Positions 35,248 to 45,687 of a stretch of DNA of 64,000 bases are shown in pieces. A program made the translations under genes and the position numbers. This DNA comes from Piedraia hortae CBS 480.64 (Eukaryota): the NCBI GenBank assembly GCA_010093745.1, contig MU006024.1, positions 1 through 64,000 of the forward strand, written 5' to 3'. How positions within the stretch are numbered: the first letter of the stretch is position 1; every line of letters begins with the position of its first letter. The notes below the pieces were generated by a model, which did no database searches, was not told the origin of the DNA, and saw nothing but the letters and a program-made list of their open reading frames with translations.

Positions 35248-36213
35248 CTAACCATTCATTGAACCATTTACATCGTCATTGCCGGTGTTAGTGTTCTTGG
35301 TCGCTTGCGGTTCTTGTTCCTTCGCAGCCTTCGGTCCATGACCATCAGCAGTCGTGTGGTTGTCGAAATCGCATGACACAAAGCTGAGCGGGTCGCGAAT
35401 CTTCTGTTGATCTGTACTTGCAGTGTTCACTCTGCTATAACTATCCTCTTCATGCCTGTGAGATGGGCCGGACCACGGTGGAATCGAAATTCCGCCAAGC
35501 GAGGGGCAGGGAAGCTGCTGCTGATTATTGCCTGCGGGATCGTTCGTGCCGCCGGCCCCTTCTCCATGTTGAGCTTGTATATGTGGCAATGAAGTCAAAC
35601 CTCCACTAGAGTGGTCCTGCTGATTGTCCGCCGAATGCTCCATGGATGGAACCCAAGCCCCCCTAAATGATTGATCCCCCGGGTCAACCCTCCTCACACA
35701 CTTCTCCAACTTCCCGAATGCATTAAACCCCTTCTCTAAATAAACTTGCAGATCACCCCACGGGATAAAATCATACCCCATTGGCACATGACTGTTCGGT
35801 AAGCACCTATTCTTTTGTAGCCTCAAAGCCAGATCTGACAAGAACCAATTATTAAACCTTGAATCACGGCCCGGCATAGGCTCAGCAGCCTTGAGAAACT
35901 GCCAGATGCCGCTCATTGAGAAGACGTGGGGATTTCCGTGCTGTAGAAAGCCCAGCAGGCAGGTGACATTGTAGAGTGAGATGAAGAAGTAGTTTTCACC
36001 AAGCCAGAGACAGCTAATCGCGTACATGTTGTCGCTGAGCCAGCTGGAGGAAGTGGAAGTTTCGCTGCAGGGTAAGGTGCGTGTGTAAATTGTGTCGAGG
36101 TGACGTCTACGCTCGAAGACTACTAGGCGCCTTTGTGTCTCTATTTCGTTAGGGAGCCAGGAGGCGGGGACTTGGTCGAGGGTGTTGTTCGTTATTTCGA
36201 ATCTGGGGAGCAT
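35248..36213 (-). CDS. Divergent MedA/Medusa-like domain protein, copy B1 (321 aa)
   Basis: Same motifs as A1, followed by a disordered Q/P/G-rich tail. Confidence 0.8.
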   Translation of the reverse strand: MLPRFEITNNTLDQVPASWLPNEIETQRRLVVFERRRHLDTIYTRTLPCSETSTSSSWLSDNMYAISCLWLGENYFFISLYNVTCLLGFLQHGNPHVFSMSGIWQFLKAAEPMPGRDSRFNNWFLSDLALRLQKNRCLPNSHVPMGYDFIPWGDLQVYLEKGFNAFGKLEKCVRRVDPGDQSFRGAWVPSMEHSADNQQDHSSGGLTSLPHIQAQHGEGAGGTNDPAGNNQQQLPCPSLGGISIPPWSGPSHRHEEDSYSRVNTASTDQQKIRDPLSFVSCDFDNHTTADGHGPKAAKEQEPQATKNTNTGNDDVNGSMNG

Positions 36214-36645
36214 TGTGTGTGGATTAGTTTGGGGTCTAGGTGGAATTGGATGTGGATGTGGTGGTACGATGAAAATGTGGGGGTGTGGGTGTGTGGGTGA
36301 CGTGCCTCGAAGTTGGTGGGGTTATGGCACTTGACAGGTGGGGAAAACAGCAGCAAAAAAGGTGGAGAATTTTTAACGTCCAGTCATGACGAACACCGCA
36401 AACCAATGTGTGAGCTGAGGGTTTGGCCGCCATGCCCAACGAGCGCTCCATAATACGATCACGGTCGAGCGCACCCTGTCTTTCTTACGAAGAGGCGGCG
36501 TAATGCCTAAGCATATAAGGTAGTCAAGCTACCTGAAAAACACAGACATTAAAAGTCTAATCAGTATGCCATGAAACGGGCTGGATAGGCATATTTTGCT
36601 TTCTATCTAGCTGATTGGCCAAGTTCAGGTAGTCAAAACCTTTTG

Positions 36646-37762
36646 TTTGTTTTGTTTTGTTTTGTTTTATGTTTTAACGCCAGGGCGGAAGCATCCACGA
36701 ACGGCGGCCCACAGCCTCCCGAAGGGCATTAGGCGTGCTAGTCCAGGATATTTACAGGGCCACCAAACCCAGCCAGCAAATCTATCCCTGTGGGGTTGTA
36801 TTTTACATGTCTCTCGCAGAGCTCCCCCGCCAGCTGGGGTTACTTACGATATCAAGCCCGAGGGCAGATCTCCTGGTTGAATCGGGTGTTCCGCATAAAG
36901 GCGGCAAAGTCCTTGGGCTGCTGAATCAGCTGCACCAGGTACCTCTCCCTTGAAACAGATGGTATATGCGAGTGCGAACGATGGATGGAGAGAAGAGGTG
37001 TGTGTACAAGTGAATACAAGTGTGTCTACAAGGGTACATCATAAAATATATACTGGGCCGGTAGGCCAGTGCGTAGCCTCGTAGGAAGAGTCATCAGTCG
37101 TATGACCGTAAGCAAGTGGTCATACATGCAGTAAAACCGTCAGCATGCAGTCTTACTCCATGACTTACCTCAAACAGTAGCAGAGCGCATTCACCATGTC
37201 GCATACGACATGACCCTGAGGGGAACCTCTGTGAGGACAAAACCTAGGGTGCAGCTGCTGGTGTAAGAGGTGTAGCGTAGTGGCATCGTGCACTCATAGC
37301 AACGAGATTCCGTGCCAACATCCCTTTCTCTCTCATTTGGCGGCCTTCTGGGGCCTTCCCAAAACCACGGCCATACTCTCCATCGATTGATGACTTGCCA
37401 GCAGTGAACCAGATGGTCGGGTGTCTTCGGCCGCCCGCAACTACAGTTGAGGACAGCGTCGTCATGGCTAAAGCGGCGGTGGTGTGCCGCGAAGTCGCCA
37501 TGCCCCGTGCGAATGGCCAGCAAGCGATGCAGAACTGGCCGCTCCAGGTGCAGCGACTCGCGCTCCTGGATCGCAAAGGGTGTGGGCCACTTCTTGTAGT
37601 CCCTTGCAAGCTTGGATATAATGCCTCTCCAGTACTGTACGATTTGGTCGCGAAGAAGTCTTTTCGCCTCGGGTTTGATTCCAGCTGCTGTAGGGCAGGC
37701 CTCCGGGTCTCGAGTGCCCTTGCAGCCTTCCTTGGCAAGGCGGTCCGCGAGCTCTAGCCACG
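36646..37762 (-). mobile_element. 5'-truncated non-LTR retrotransposon (Tad1-like LINE 3' end), interrupted by a solo LTR
   Basis: LAIRTGHGDFAAHHRRF..CSCG..KTPDHLVHC; (AAAAC)n-like tail at about 36646-36675; TSD accttttg at 36638-36645 and 37763-37770. Confidence 0.9.
36951..37320 (-). mobile_element. Solo LTR (family LTR-B), 370 bp
   Basis: TG...CA ends; TSD tccct at 36946-36950 and 37321-37325; close to identical with 43311-43682. Orientation is inferred from the TGTTGG start on the minus strand. Confidence 0.95.
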
Positions 37763-38040
37763 ACCTTTTGCGGGTATCCTGGAAGAACCATCCTGGTTAC
37801 CATTTCCACCTTCACCCCTGTTTCTAAATTTAGCGGGAAAGGTGCTTGTCACCTTTCGAGGGTGTCTTTGGCGCTTGATCGTTCGAAGCATTTAGTCCAT
37901 ATCTATCAGCAGTTGTTATTGTCCCGATTGCACGACTTGAAGGCCAGCAGACCGGAAATATTCAGTTGAAATTGGCCCGAAGAGTCTTTTCTGAATGGAT
38001 ATTGCTAGAATATTGGGCCGAACAAAGGTGGGGTTGAAGC

Positions 38041-38854
38041 TTGCCCCAAGGGCGATCGGGAAATCTGCTACTGATGGCAGTTCGCGGAACCATTTGTGTC
38101 ATTAATACTTTCTCTGTGTTGAGCTTACCAATGAGATGGACTGGCTCAATGTGGAATCAAAACTCCGTCAAGCGAGGGGCGGGGAAACAGCTGCTGCTCA
38201 TAGCCCTCGGGATCGTTATTATCGTCGGTACCTTGTCCATGTTGAGGCATAGAGGGGCCCGGCCTCTGCTGCTGCTGATTATCTGACATCGGCGGAACAT
38301 GTTTCCCCATCAGGAAATAATCCCCAGGATCAACCCTCCTCACACACGTCTCCAACTGCCCATAGGCGTTGAACCTCTTCGCCAAGTACATTTTCAAATT
38401 CACCCACGTAGTGAAATCAAACCCCATAGGCACATGATCGTACGGCAAATACCTGTGTCTGTAGGCCCAAAGCTAACCCCGATAAGTCCCATTTACTGAC
38501 CCTTGAATCAAGGCCCGGAAAGGGCTTCGCAGCCCTAAGAAATGGCTAAATGCCGCTTATGAAAAAGACGTGAGGATTGTCGTGCTGCAAAAAGCCTAAC
38601 AGGCGTGTGATATCGTAAAGAGATATAGAAACGTGGTCTTCGTCGTGCAGCCTAAGGCAACTAGTCGTTTACATATTGCCACTACGCCAGGATGGTGTAG
38701 ATGATGCGCTGCAGGGTACGATATGCGCGCAGATTCTGTCCTGAACTTTGGTCCGATTGACTGCCAGCAATCTTCTGTGTGTCTCGAGTTCTCTTTGGTG
38801 CCAGCAGCATTGAATATTCAAGATGTCGCTGGTTATTGAGAACTTGGGGGCCAT
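38041..38854 (-). pseudogene. MedA-like paralogue A2, pseudogenised
   Basis: MAPKFSI...HRRLL...WRSGNM* (TAA where the paralogues have TAC); a second stop (GI*PFL); a 2-nt deletion before LPYDHVPMGFDF. Confidence 0.85.
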
Positions 38855-39299
38855 TTTGTGTGGATTGGTTCTTGAGGTGCGAAATTATGGGAGGCGAAGA
38901 TTGGTTACGTATAGATATCTCTGGTCAGGAGTAACATCACTAATCAATTTGTGAGCTGAGCTTTGAGCCGTTATGTTCTTCAACAGGTGCCCCAGAAGAT
39001 GCCATGTCTCTATTGCCAGATGAACGACGTATTCTTAAGGGATTGCGACGTTAATGGAACTGTCTTGGAAATATAAATAAATAATGACATTAATGTTTAA
39101 CTTTGTCGAGTGACGTCCCAGGTGGATCGTGCCGTTACAGGACGGGAGGTGCAAACATTCCCCCAAGCTCACAGCATACCATCCCGTAGTAGTATACAAA
39201 CCATCAACAACACCTTGATGTGAATCTATCAGGTTATGAGCGCGCCAATGTCCACCGAAGATCTCAGCATCGAGTCCATCGACAAGTCGATTCCACACA

Positions 39300-39950
39300 C
39301 AGAAGACTTGCATGAATGAAGGAAACATGTGAAGAACTCTCTTTAATTGCTAGCTTCAACGTCCTTCTCCACAATCAGGCCAGTGCACCCGCAGATCTAG
39401 CCGGCGAGACAGACTGTGGCTATGCCGCATGTCTGGAAGTGTGCGAAGGCAAGAAAGCGCGTGTCCTAGCGGCCATCCGCGAGCGCTGTGGGCATAATGC
39501 GGAACCAATTTTAAGTGAGCGTACCACTGTGGCGGAAGAATTCGAGAAGTTACACACAAGATTCATATCCACGGGCTCTGGAACGCTCTTCAAACTTGTT
39601 GCACGCTTCCATGATTTAACTCTCAGCTCTTCCACCGGGTAGAAAATTTAAACCGGAGATCAAAAAGACCTGCAATCAGTTGTGTGATATTCATGACGCA
39701 GTCAAAGTGTTACATTGTGTCCAAATCCCTTCATGGCTTGGGGGAAGAATATCAGCAATTTCGGACGTCATGCAACCTGCAGCTTGCGGTCATAACCGCC
39801 AGAATCGGAGCTGACGGACGAGCGCAGCTACTGAAGAGTTTGAAGCACCGATGGTCAAGGCGGATGGTCCCAAAGCTATTCGCTTGAAGAAACCAAATGG
39901 TCACAGCATACCACCACTTTGGAATACTCGCCAGCATTGTTGACCAAACC
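39300..39950 (+). mobile_element. Degenerate copia-type gag remnant
   Basis: AIRERC...AEEFEKLHTRF..GSGTLFKLVARFHDLTL, then LHGLGEEYQQFRTS. Not seen in the paralogous A1-B1 spacer. Confidence 0.55.
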
Positions 39951-40466
39951 ATCGCGGAGCCTGTAGGACGCGAAGACTACCGCTACGCCGATGGATAAGG
40001 CTAATCTTGCTAAGACGCATGAGCACCGCCCAAGTTGAAAGGAAAGGGCTAACATGTGATGGGCTTCCTGAGATTCGACAGCACTGTCCCTGTGAGGCAG
40101 CAATGCTTCTCTGGGACAGTAGATTTGTCAGAGTTGGCGCCCTTGTGAGAGTCTATGGTTTATAGGCCTGAGGTACCCCCAGATAGAGGTGATCACTTAG
40201 TGCTTTTCGGTCCCTGGATCATCTCTGTTTGCCATTTTTCCTTCAGATGCACTGTTGTGTTCACGGTCTAAAATTTGCCCTTCTTCCCAGTGCCATAGAG
40301 ATTGTGCTAGCTATAACGCCACCAGAAGAACGACCTCCGGTGATGCTTTGAATATGGGCAGGAAGTGAGATTTAAATTCGTAACATGAAACCGCGATTTT
40401 GAATGGGGAAGTGTTCACGCATCTGTGCTTTCCTATCTACCCGTATTTCACCCTTCCGTCTAATCG

Positions 40467-41408
40467 TCACGAGTTGGGCGTGCGCAGCTGTTCACTCCTT
40501 GAATCCGTTATATCGTCATCGCCATTTTTAGGTTTCGTAGGTGTCTGCAGCCGTTGACCCCCCACATTCTCTGCTCCATGTCCACCAGCCGTCATATCGT
40601 CGTCAAAATTGCACGAAAATAAACTCCTTACGCCAGGAATCCTCTGCTGACCATTTACCCCATACCCATCTTCATCGTGCCCGTAAGATGGGCCAGGCCA
40701 AGGCGGAATCAAAACCCCACCCAGCGAGGGGCGGGGAAGCTGTCGCTGCTGATTGCCCACAGAATCATTCGCACCACCATCACCTTGCTGGCCCTGCGGC
40801 ACCAACCCCCCGTTAAACTGACCCTGCAGAGTCGCCCCAGTCGGCACCCAACTCCCCCTAAACGACAAATCCTGCGGATCAACTCTCCTCACACACCCCC
40901 TCAACAGCTCAAACACATTGAACCCCTTCTCCAGAAAAACCTGCAAATCCCCCCACGACATAAAATCATACCCCATCGGCACATAATCATTCGGCAAACA
41001 CTTATTCATCTGCATCATCAAAGCCATTTCCGATAAGTACCAGTTACTGAATCTCGGATCATAGCCCGGCATAGGCTCCGCAGATTTGAGATACGACCAA
41101 ATACCGCTTATGGAGAAGACGTGGGGGTTCCCATGCTGGAGGAAACCTAGGAGACAAGTGAGGTCGTAGAGGGAGATGAAGAAGTGGTTTTCACCAAGCC
41201 CGATGCAGCTGATGGTGTACATGTTGCCGCTGCGAAAGGTGGTGGTATTGGAAGATTCGCTACAGGGAACAATGCGTGCATATATGGTGTCGTGGAGGCG
41301 GCCGCGCGCGAAGGCGACGAGTCGTCTGTGAGTTTCGATTTCGCTGGGGAGCCAGGAGGTGGGGATGTTGTGGAGGATGTTGTTTGTTATCTCGAGGTGG
41401 AGGGACAT
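40467..41408 (-). CDS. Divergent MedA/Medusa-like domain protein, copy B2 (313 aa)
   Basis: LEITNNILHNIPTSWLPSEIETHRRLVAFAR..TIYARIVP..ISCI..FFISLYDLTCLLGFL..W.DLQVFLEK. Confidence 0.8.
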   Translation of the reverse strand: MSLHLEITNNILHNIPTSWLPSEIETHRRLVAFARGRLHDTIYARIVPCSESSNTTTFRSGNMYTISCIGLGENHFFISLYDLTCLLGFLQHGNPHVFSISGIWSYLKSAEPMPGYDPRFSNWYLSEMALMMQMNKCLPNDYVPMGYDFMSWGDLQVFLEKGFNVFELLRGCVRRVDPQDLSFRGSWVPTGATLQGQFNGGLVPQGQQGDGGANDSVGNQQRQLPRPSLGGVLIPPWPGPSYGHDEDGYGVNGQQRIPGVRSLFSCNFDDDMTAGGHGAENVGGQRLQTPTKPKNGDDDITDSRSEQLRTPNS

Positions 41409-42677
41409 TTTGTGGATTCGGTTTGGGATTTTTTGGGGTATGTGGGTTGCTTAATTTGACGTCGGTGGGAGGAATGTCAGTTGACAGGTGGGGAAGACAG
41501 CAGCAGAATTTCAGACTTTTAGCATGACGAACATTGCAGATCGATGGGTGGGCTGAGCGTGTGTCGTCGTGTTCAGCGAGCGCTTCTGAAAATGATTACG
41601 ATTGAGTACGTTCTGTCTCTTGCGAAGAAAATGCATCGTGATTGGAGAGATTACGAGCTGGTGGAGCTGCCCGGAAAGGAGATCTTGAAAGCCTAGCATG
41701 CCTTGAAACGCACTGGATAGGCTTATCATGCTGTCTATCCAGCTGGTTGGCAAAGTTCGGGGTAGGTAAAAGCTTATGCGGGTATTCTGCAACCCTTACG
41801 CCTTTAAATCTCCTACCCAACTAAGCGGGGAAAGCATTTCATTATGATGAGTTTCCCGCATGAGCATATTTGCAGGCTAGCAGCCGGGACAAACTTTGCC
41901 TAACATCAGTCAGGCTTCCTTTTCTGCGTCCCCTCCGGATGGGCGTTGCGCCAGCTCGATTGCTTCTTCCGCAATGTAGATCTACGGCCTCTTTTCCTGC
42001 CGGTGTCAGTCAGACTGGGTCCGGTGCAGCTGTGAAGGGCGATTCCCTGTCTCGGGAGCACGTTCGACTTGATTATGCGTAGTGAATGCCAGTCACACTG
42101 CTCCACGTTGAACTTGCCTTGCATCTGAGTGTAGAGGTTGGCGAGAATAAGTAATGGCGACGCAGCTTTAGCCTTGCATATGCGCGCTTGATCACTGTGC
42201 ACGCCCTGGCTGAATAAACATCCTCGCCCCATGACTGAACAGGAATGATTCCAGGTCAAGACTGATGCGACCTCTCTAGGTCTTTGCGACCGCACGACAG
42301 GTATACAGCTACTATCGGCGAGCCTGCGAGGTATGGGTGGCTGTGCATGCATGCATACATGCGCCAAGCCTCGCTTTGACACTTTGAAGAGATCAACACG
42401 GGCCGATCATCGCCCCGCAAATACATGATTTGCTTCAACAACGAGCATCCAAACTCACGTACATTTTACTATCTTTCAAATATATGCCTAGGAAAAGATC
42501 TAGGGTTTCGAGTGATAGCTTCAGGTGATAGAGGCATTCATACCGGTATATCGACTTCTTCAGTGACGGGACAGCATCATTCAGATCTCAACGCTCAGCA
42601 AAATGTATCGGGTGAGAGTTTGATGGTGTTCTCGGTGTGGACATCACTGGACGATGCAAACAGTTATGGTCGTTACC

Positions 42678-44560
42678 TTAGCGGGAAAGCGTCTTCATCA
42701 CTATCTCCATCCAGATACGACTTGAACTGTCGTACTCAGGGTCTCTCGGAAACCTGTTTCGCTCGAAATCTTCGCCGATTAACATCGACATTGGATCGTC
42801 ACCGAGCAAAAAAAGTGAAGCTTCTGACTTATGAGCGTCCAAGATCCGTTTGACATCCTCCACGACCTGGCGTAAGCCTTGTATGTTAAGGTGTAGGTCG
42901 AAACGTGTGCAGTCAGCTTTATGCATCCCCACAGCGCATCCCTACAAGGGATGTAGAAATATATAACCTCTTGGGCAAGATCTTCTGCACATCCAGTCTA
43001 TTTAGATGCGGAAAGAGCGACGCCGACGTTTGCGGCAGGGCCAAAAAATCGAAAGACGCATTGAAATCAAATTCTGTCACGTCCGGACATGAGCTGCTCA
43101 ACGCCATGGGCGTGGCTATGCCGACAGTGGGGACATGATCGCACAGTATGACGAAGCTCTGCAACTTGGGCAGGCAGGGAAAGAGAACGATAAAGCATTC
43201 GTCGCTCAAGTCACTGGCATCAATTTTCGCACGCACCTCATGGAAACACCAAGCTTTAGGTATTCCAAGGATCTCAACTGTTGGAGACTAACAAAGTCCC
43301 GTGAGCTGATTGAAACAGATGGTACGTGCGAGTGAGAACGATGGATGGAGAGTAGAAGTGTGTATACAAGTGAATACAAGTGTATCTACAAGGGTACATC
43401 ATAAAATATATACTGGGCCGGTAGGCCAGTGCGTAGCCTCGTAGGAAGAGTCATCAGTCGTATGACCGTAAGCAAGTGGTCATACATGCAGTAAAACCGT
43501 CAGCATGCAGTCTTACTCCATGACTCATCTCAAACAGTAGCAGGGCGGGCATTCACCATGTCGCATACGACATGACCCTGAGGGAAACCTCTGTGAGGAC
43601 AAAACCTAGGGTGCAGCCGCTGGTGTAAGAGGTGTTGCGTAGTGGCATCGTACACTCATAGCAACGAGACTTCATGCCAATACTGATTTTGTGGCTGTCT
43701 TCACAGTCAAAGTTGATGACCAAGTTGAAAAATAATGAAATCTCGCTAGTGACACTCAGGATATTCATGTGGCCTGGATCAAAAGCAGTGAGCTCAAGCG
43801 ACTGCAGATCACCGAGAATGCCGGGTAAGAATGGAATCGAAGCCGCGTCAATCCCTATCCTAAGCCTCTGAAGGTGGGGAAAGGCAGGCTCCTTGTTTGA
43901 CGCTAGCTTCTAAACATTTTTGTGGTCAAGTTAGAAGGCACTGATGTCCCGTAGGCGATCATGTTTAAGCGTAAGGCCCTCTCCACGGCTGTGTTTGGGT
44001 TCCGCAAATTTCAAAGTCTCGAGGCTATGATTCTGACCAAGCATGTTCAGTAGCCCACCAACTGTCAAGGACTTTGGCAAGAACCTGAGGGAAAGTCGTT
44101 TCAGTCGAGGGCACCGGGTTGGGATGAGGGTGGCCAGCTCATTATTACCTTGCGCATTGTCGTTGTGCATTTTAAGTACTATCAGTTTTGGCTGGAGGTA
44201 TTGGGCAAAGGAGAAACTTTCTCGGCAGGGTAGATAAACCTCGCTGGAGTCCAATTCGACTTCAGACCGCATCGGAAAGAACAGATCATTGATCCCTCGC
44301 TGGCATGTGTCTTCGTAAAGGTCATTATAAGCAAAAAGGTAACAAATCTTGTTGGCGTAATACTGCCTCCGGTCAAAAGACGCAATCTTGCTGAGATGTT
44401 TTGTCGTACTGACAGACTCCTAGAGAAAATCGGTGCTAGGGTCTGCCAGCTCGTGGCAGAGCAGACCAAGATTGAGCAGAGATTTTCGATCGCATGCTGC
44501 TTCACGTGCGATTGCCAGTACAATCTCCGGTAGAACATGGATCTTGTTGATGATGAGCAT
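42678..44560 (-). pseudogene. F-box/LRR (RNI-like) protein pseudogene interrupted by a solo LTR
   Basis: VLPEIVLAI...LLC...FL*...RRQYYANKI, TRCPRLKRLSL, AFPHLQRL, LFPHLNRLDV; several stops and frameshifts. Confidence 0.75.
43311..43682 (-). mobile_element. Solo LTR (family LTR-B), 372 bp
   Basis: TG...TA (CA mutated); TSD ctgat at 43306-43310 and 43683-43687. Confidence 0.93.
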
Positions 44561-44980
44561 AATGCTGAAGGGAAGTTCTGTGAACAGCGAAGTCACGCAG
44601 AATCTTCCGGCGTACATCAGCATGGCACTCTACGATGTATGCAATCTTCCCGGTGCATACCTATCAAACTATGCTCCAAGATCACCTTGCGCGATGAAGT
44701 CAGTTCAGTAAGGCTGGAGATCGTTCTCCACGCCTCCCACGATGTTTTGCTGGCACGGTGTTTTAGTCTTGTTGGCGGTGCCTCGTCGACCTGCACGATC
44801 TGAGCGCCGCTGACATGGGTAGCGTGTCTTGTGTGATTGCACGCTATCTCCAACCATGAACTCTCTCATAGGTAAAATAGGGGTCTTTATTTGTCACAAT
44901 CGCGGTAGGAACGTGAGGTACCTTGTTGGATTCAAGCATCGCCGCTAGCGCGTATGCAGGGCACTTGCATAGCAAGTCAG

Positions 44981-45080
44981 CGATACCTCCTACACTACCA
45001 GCTGCACCCTAGGTTTTTGCCTCACAGAGGTTTTCCCTCAGGGTCATGTCATATGTGACATGGTGAATACGCCCCGCTAG
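44981..45080 (+). mobile_element. Partial, more diverged LTR-B copy in opposite orientation
   Basis: The reverse complement matches ttcaccatgtcgcatacgacatgaccctgaggg...aacctagggtgcagc of LTR-B. Confidence 0.8.
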
Positions 45081-45284
45081 TGTACGACGTGACGTCACCG
45101 GCCCACCGGAACAGAATTTTCATTCTGAACGTCCCCTTATTGAAAAATAGTCATTCACACTACCATGCTGCAACTGGTATTTTGACTTACATACATCTAC
45201 ATCTTTCCTGTCCCTGATTCCGTCTATCGCTCCGCCCTCTTCGGGTCGCTGTGCACTCTCACCCACGAGAGCTAAATACCTACA
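45081..45284 (+). mobile_element. LTR-A copy (about 204 bp)
   Basis: tgtacg...ctaca termini; the 3' 134 bp match window positions 1-135; no TSD seen. Confidence 0.7.
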
Positions 45285-45687
45285 TACCTTACCCCAAGGG
45301 AAGGTGATAATAATAAGTTTTTCTGCCCAATACTAGCTCCTATATGAGTCCATGCGGAAAGCTCTGATAGTTGGTGAGGGTAGAGCAAAATCTCTCCGGA
45401 CAAAACACCCTCATGCCGTTGTGTGATAGGGAAGGTACACCGTAGCTTGGGAAAACCCCTAATGTTTCCCGAAAAGCAGGACCTGGCCTACATATTTTAC
45501 ATAGACATCCTCGCGCCAATGATTCCTCACACGTGAAGTACCTGTTAAAATTTTACTCAAATCCACCACCCCCGTTCAACTCTTAAATATTCTCACCAGC
45601 ACAGAATAAAATCAAATATATCAAACTCCATAATGCATAGCATTACCCACACTAAAACTCCCTAAGAATACATCGTTCAACTGGTAT

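Noticed and set aside
36951..43682. Two co-oriented LTR-B copies as the ends of one 6.7-kb element carrying A2 and B2
   Set aside because: Each LTR has its own TSD (tccct; ctgat) and interrupts a different host sequence, so they are independent solo LTRs.
1..45284. LTR-A copies as the boundaries of a giant mobile element
   Set aside because: The interval holds housekeeping genes, and no tyrosine recombinase or intact transposase was recognised.
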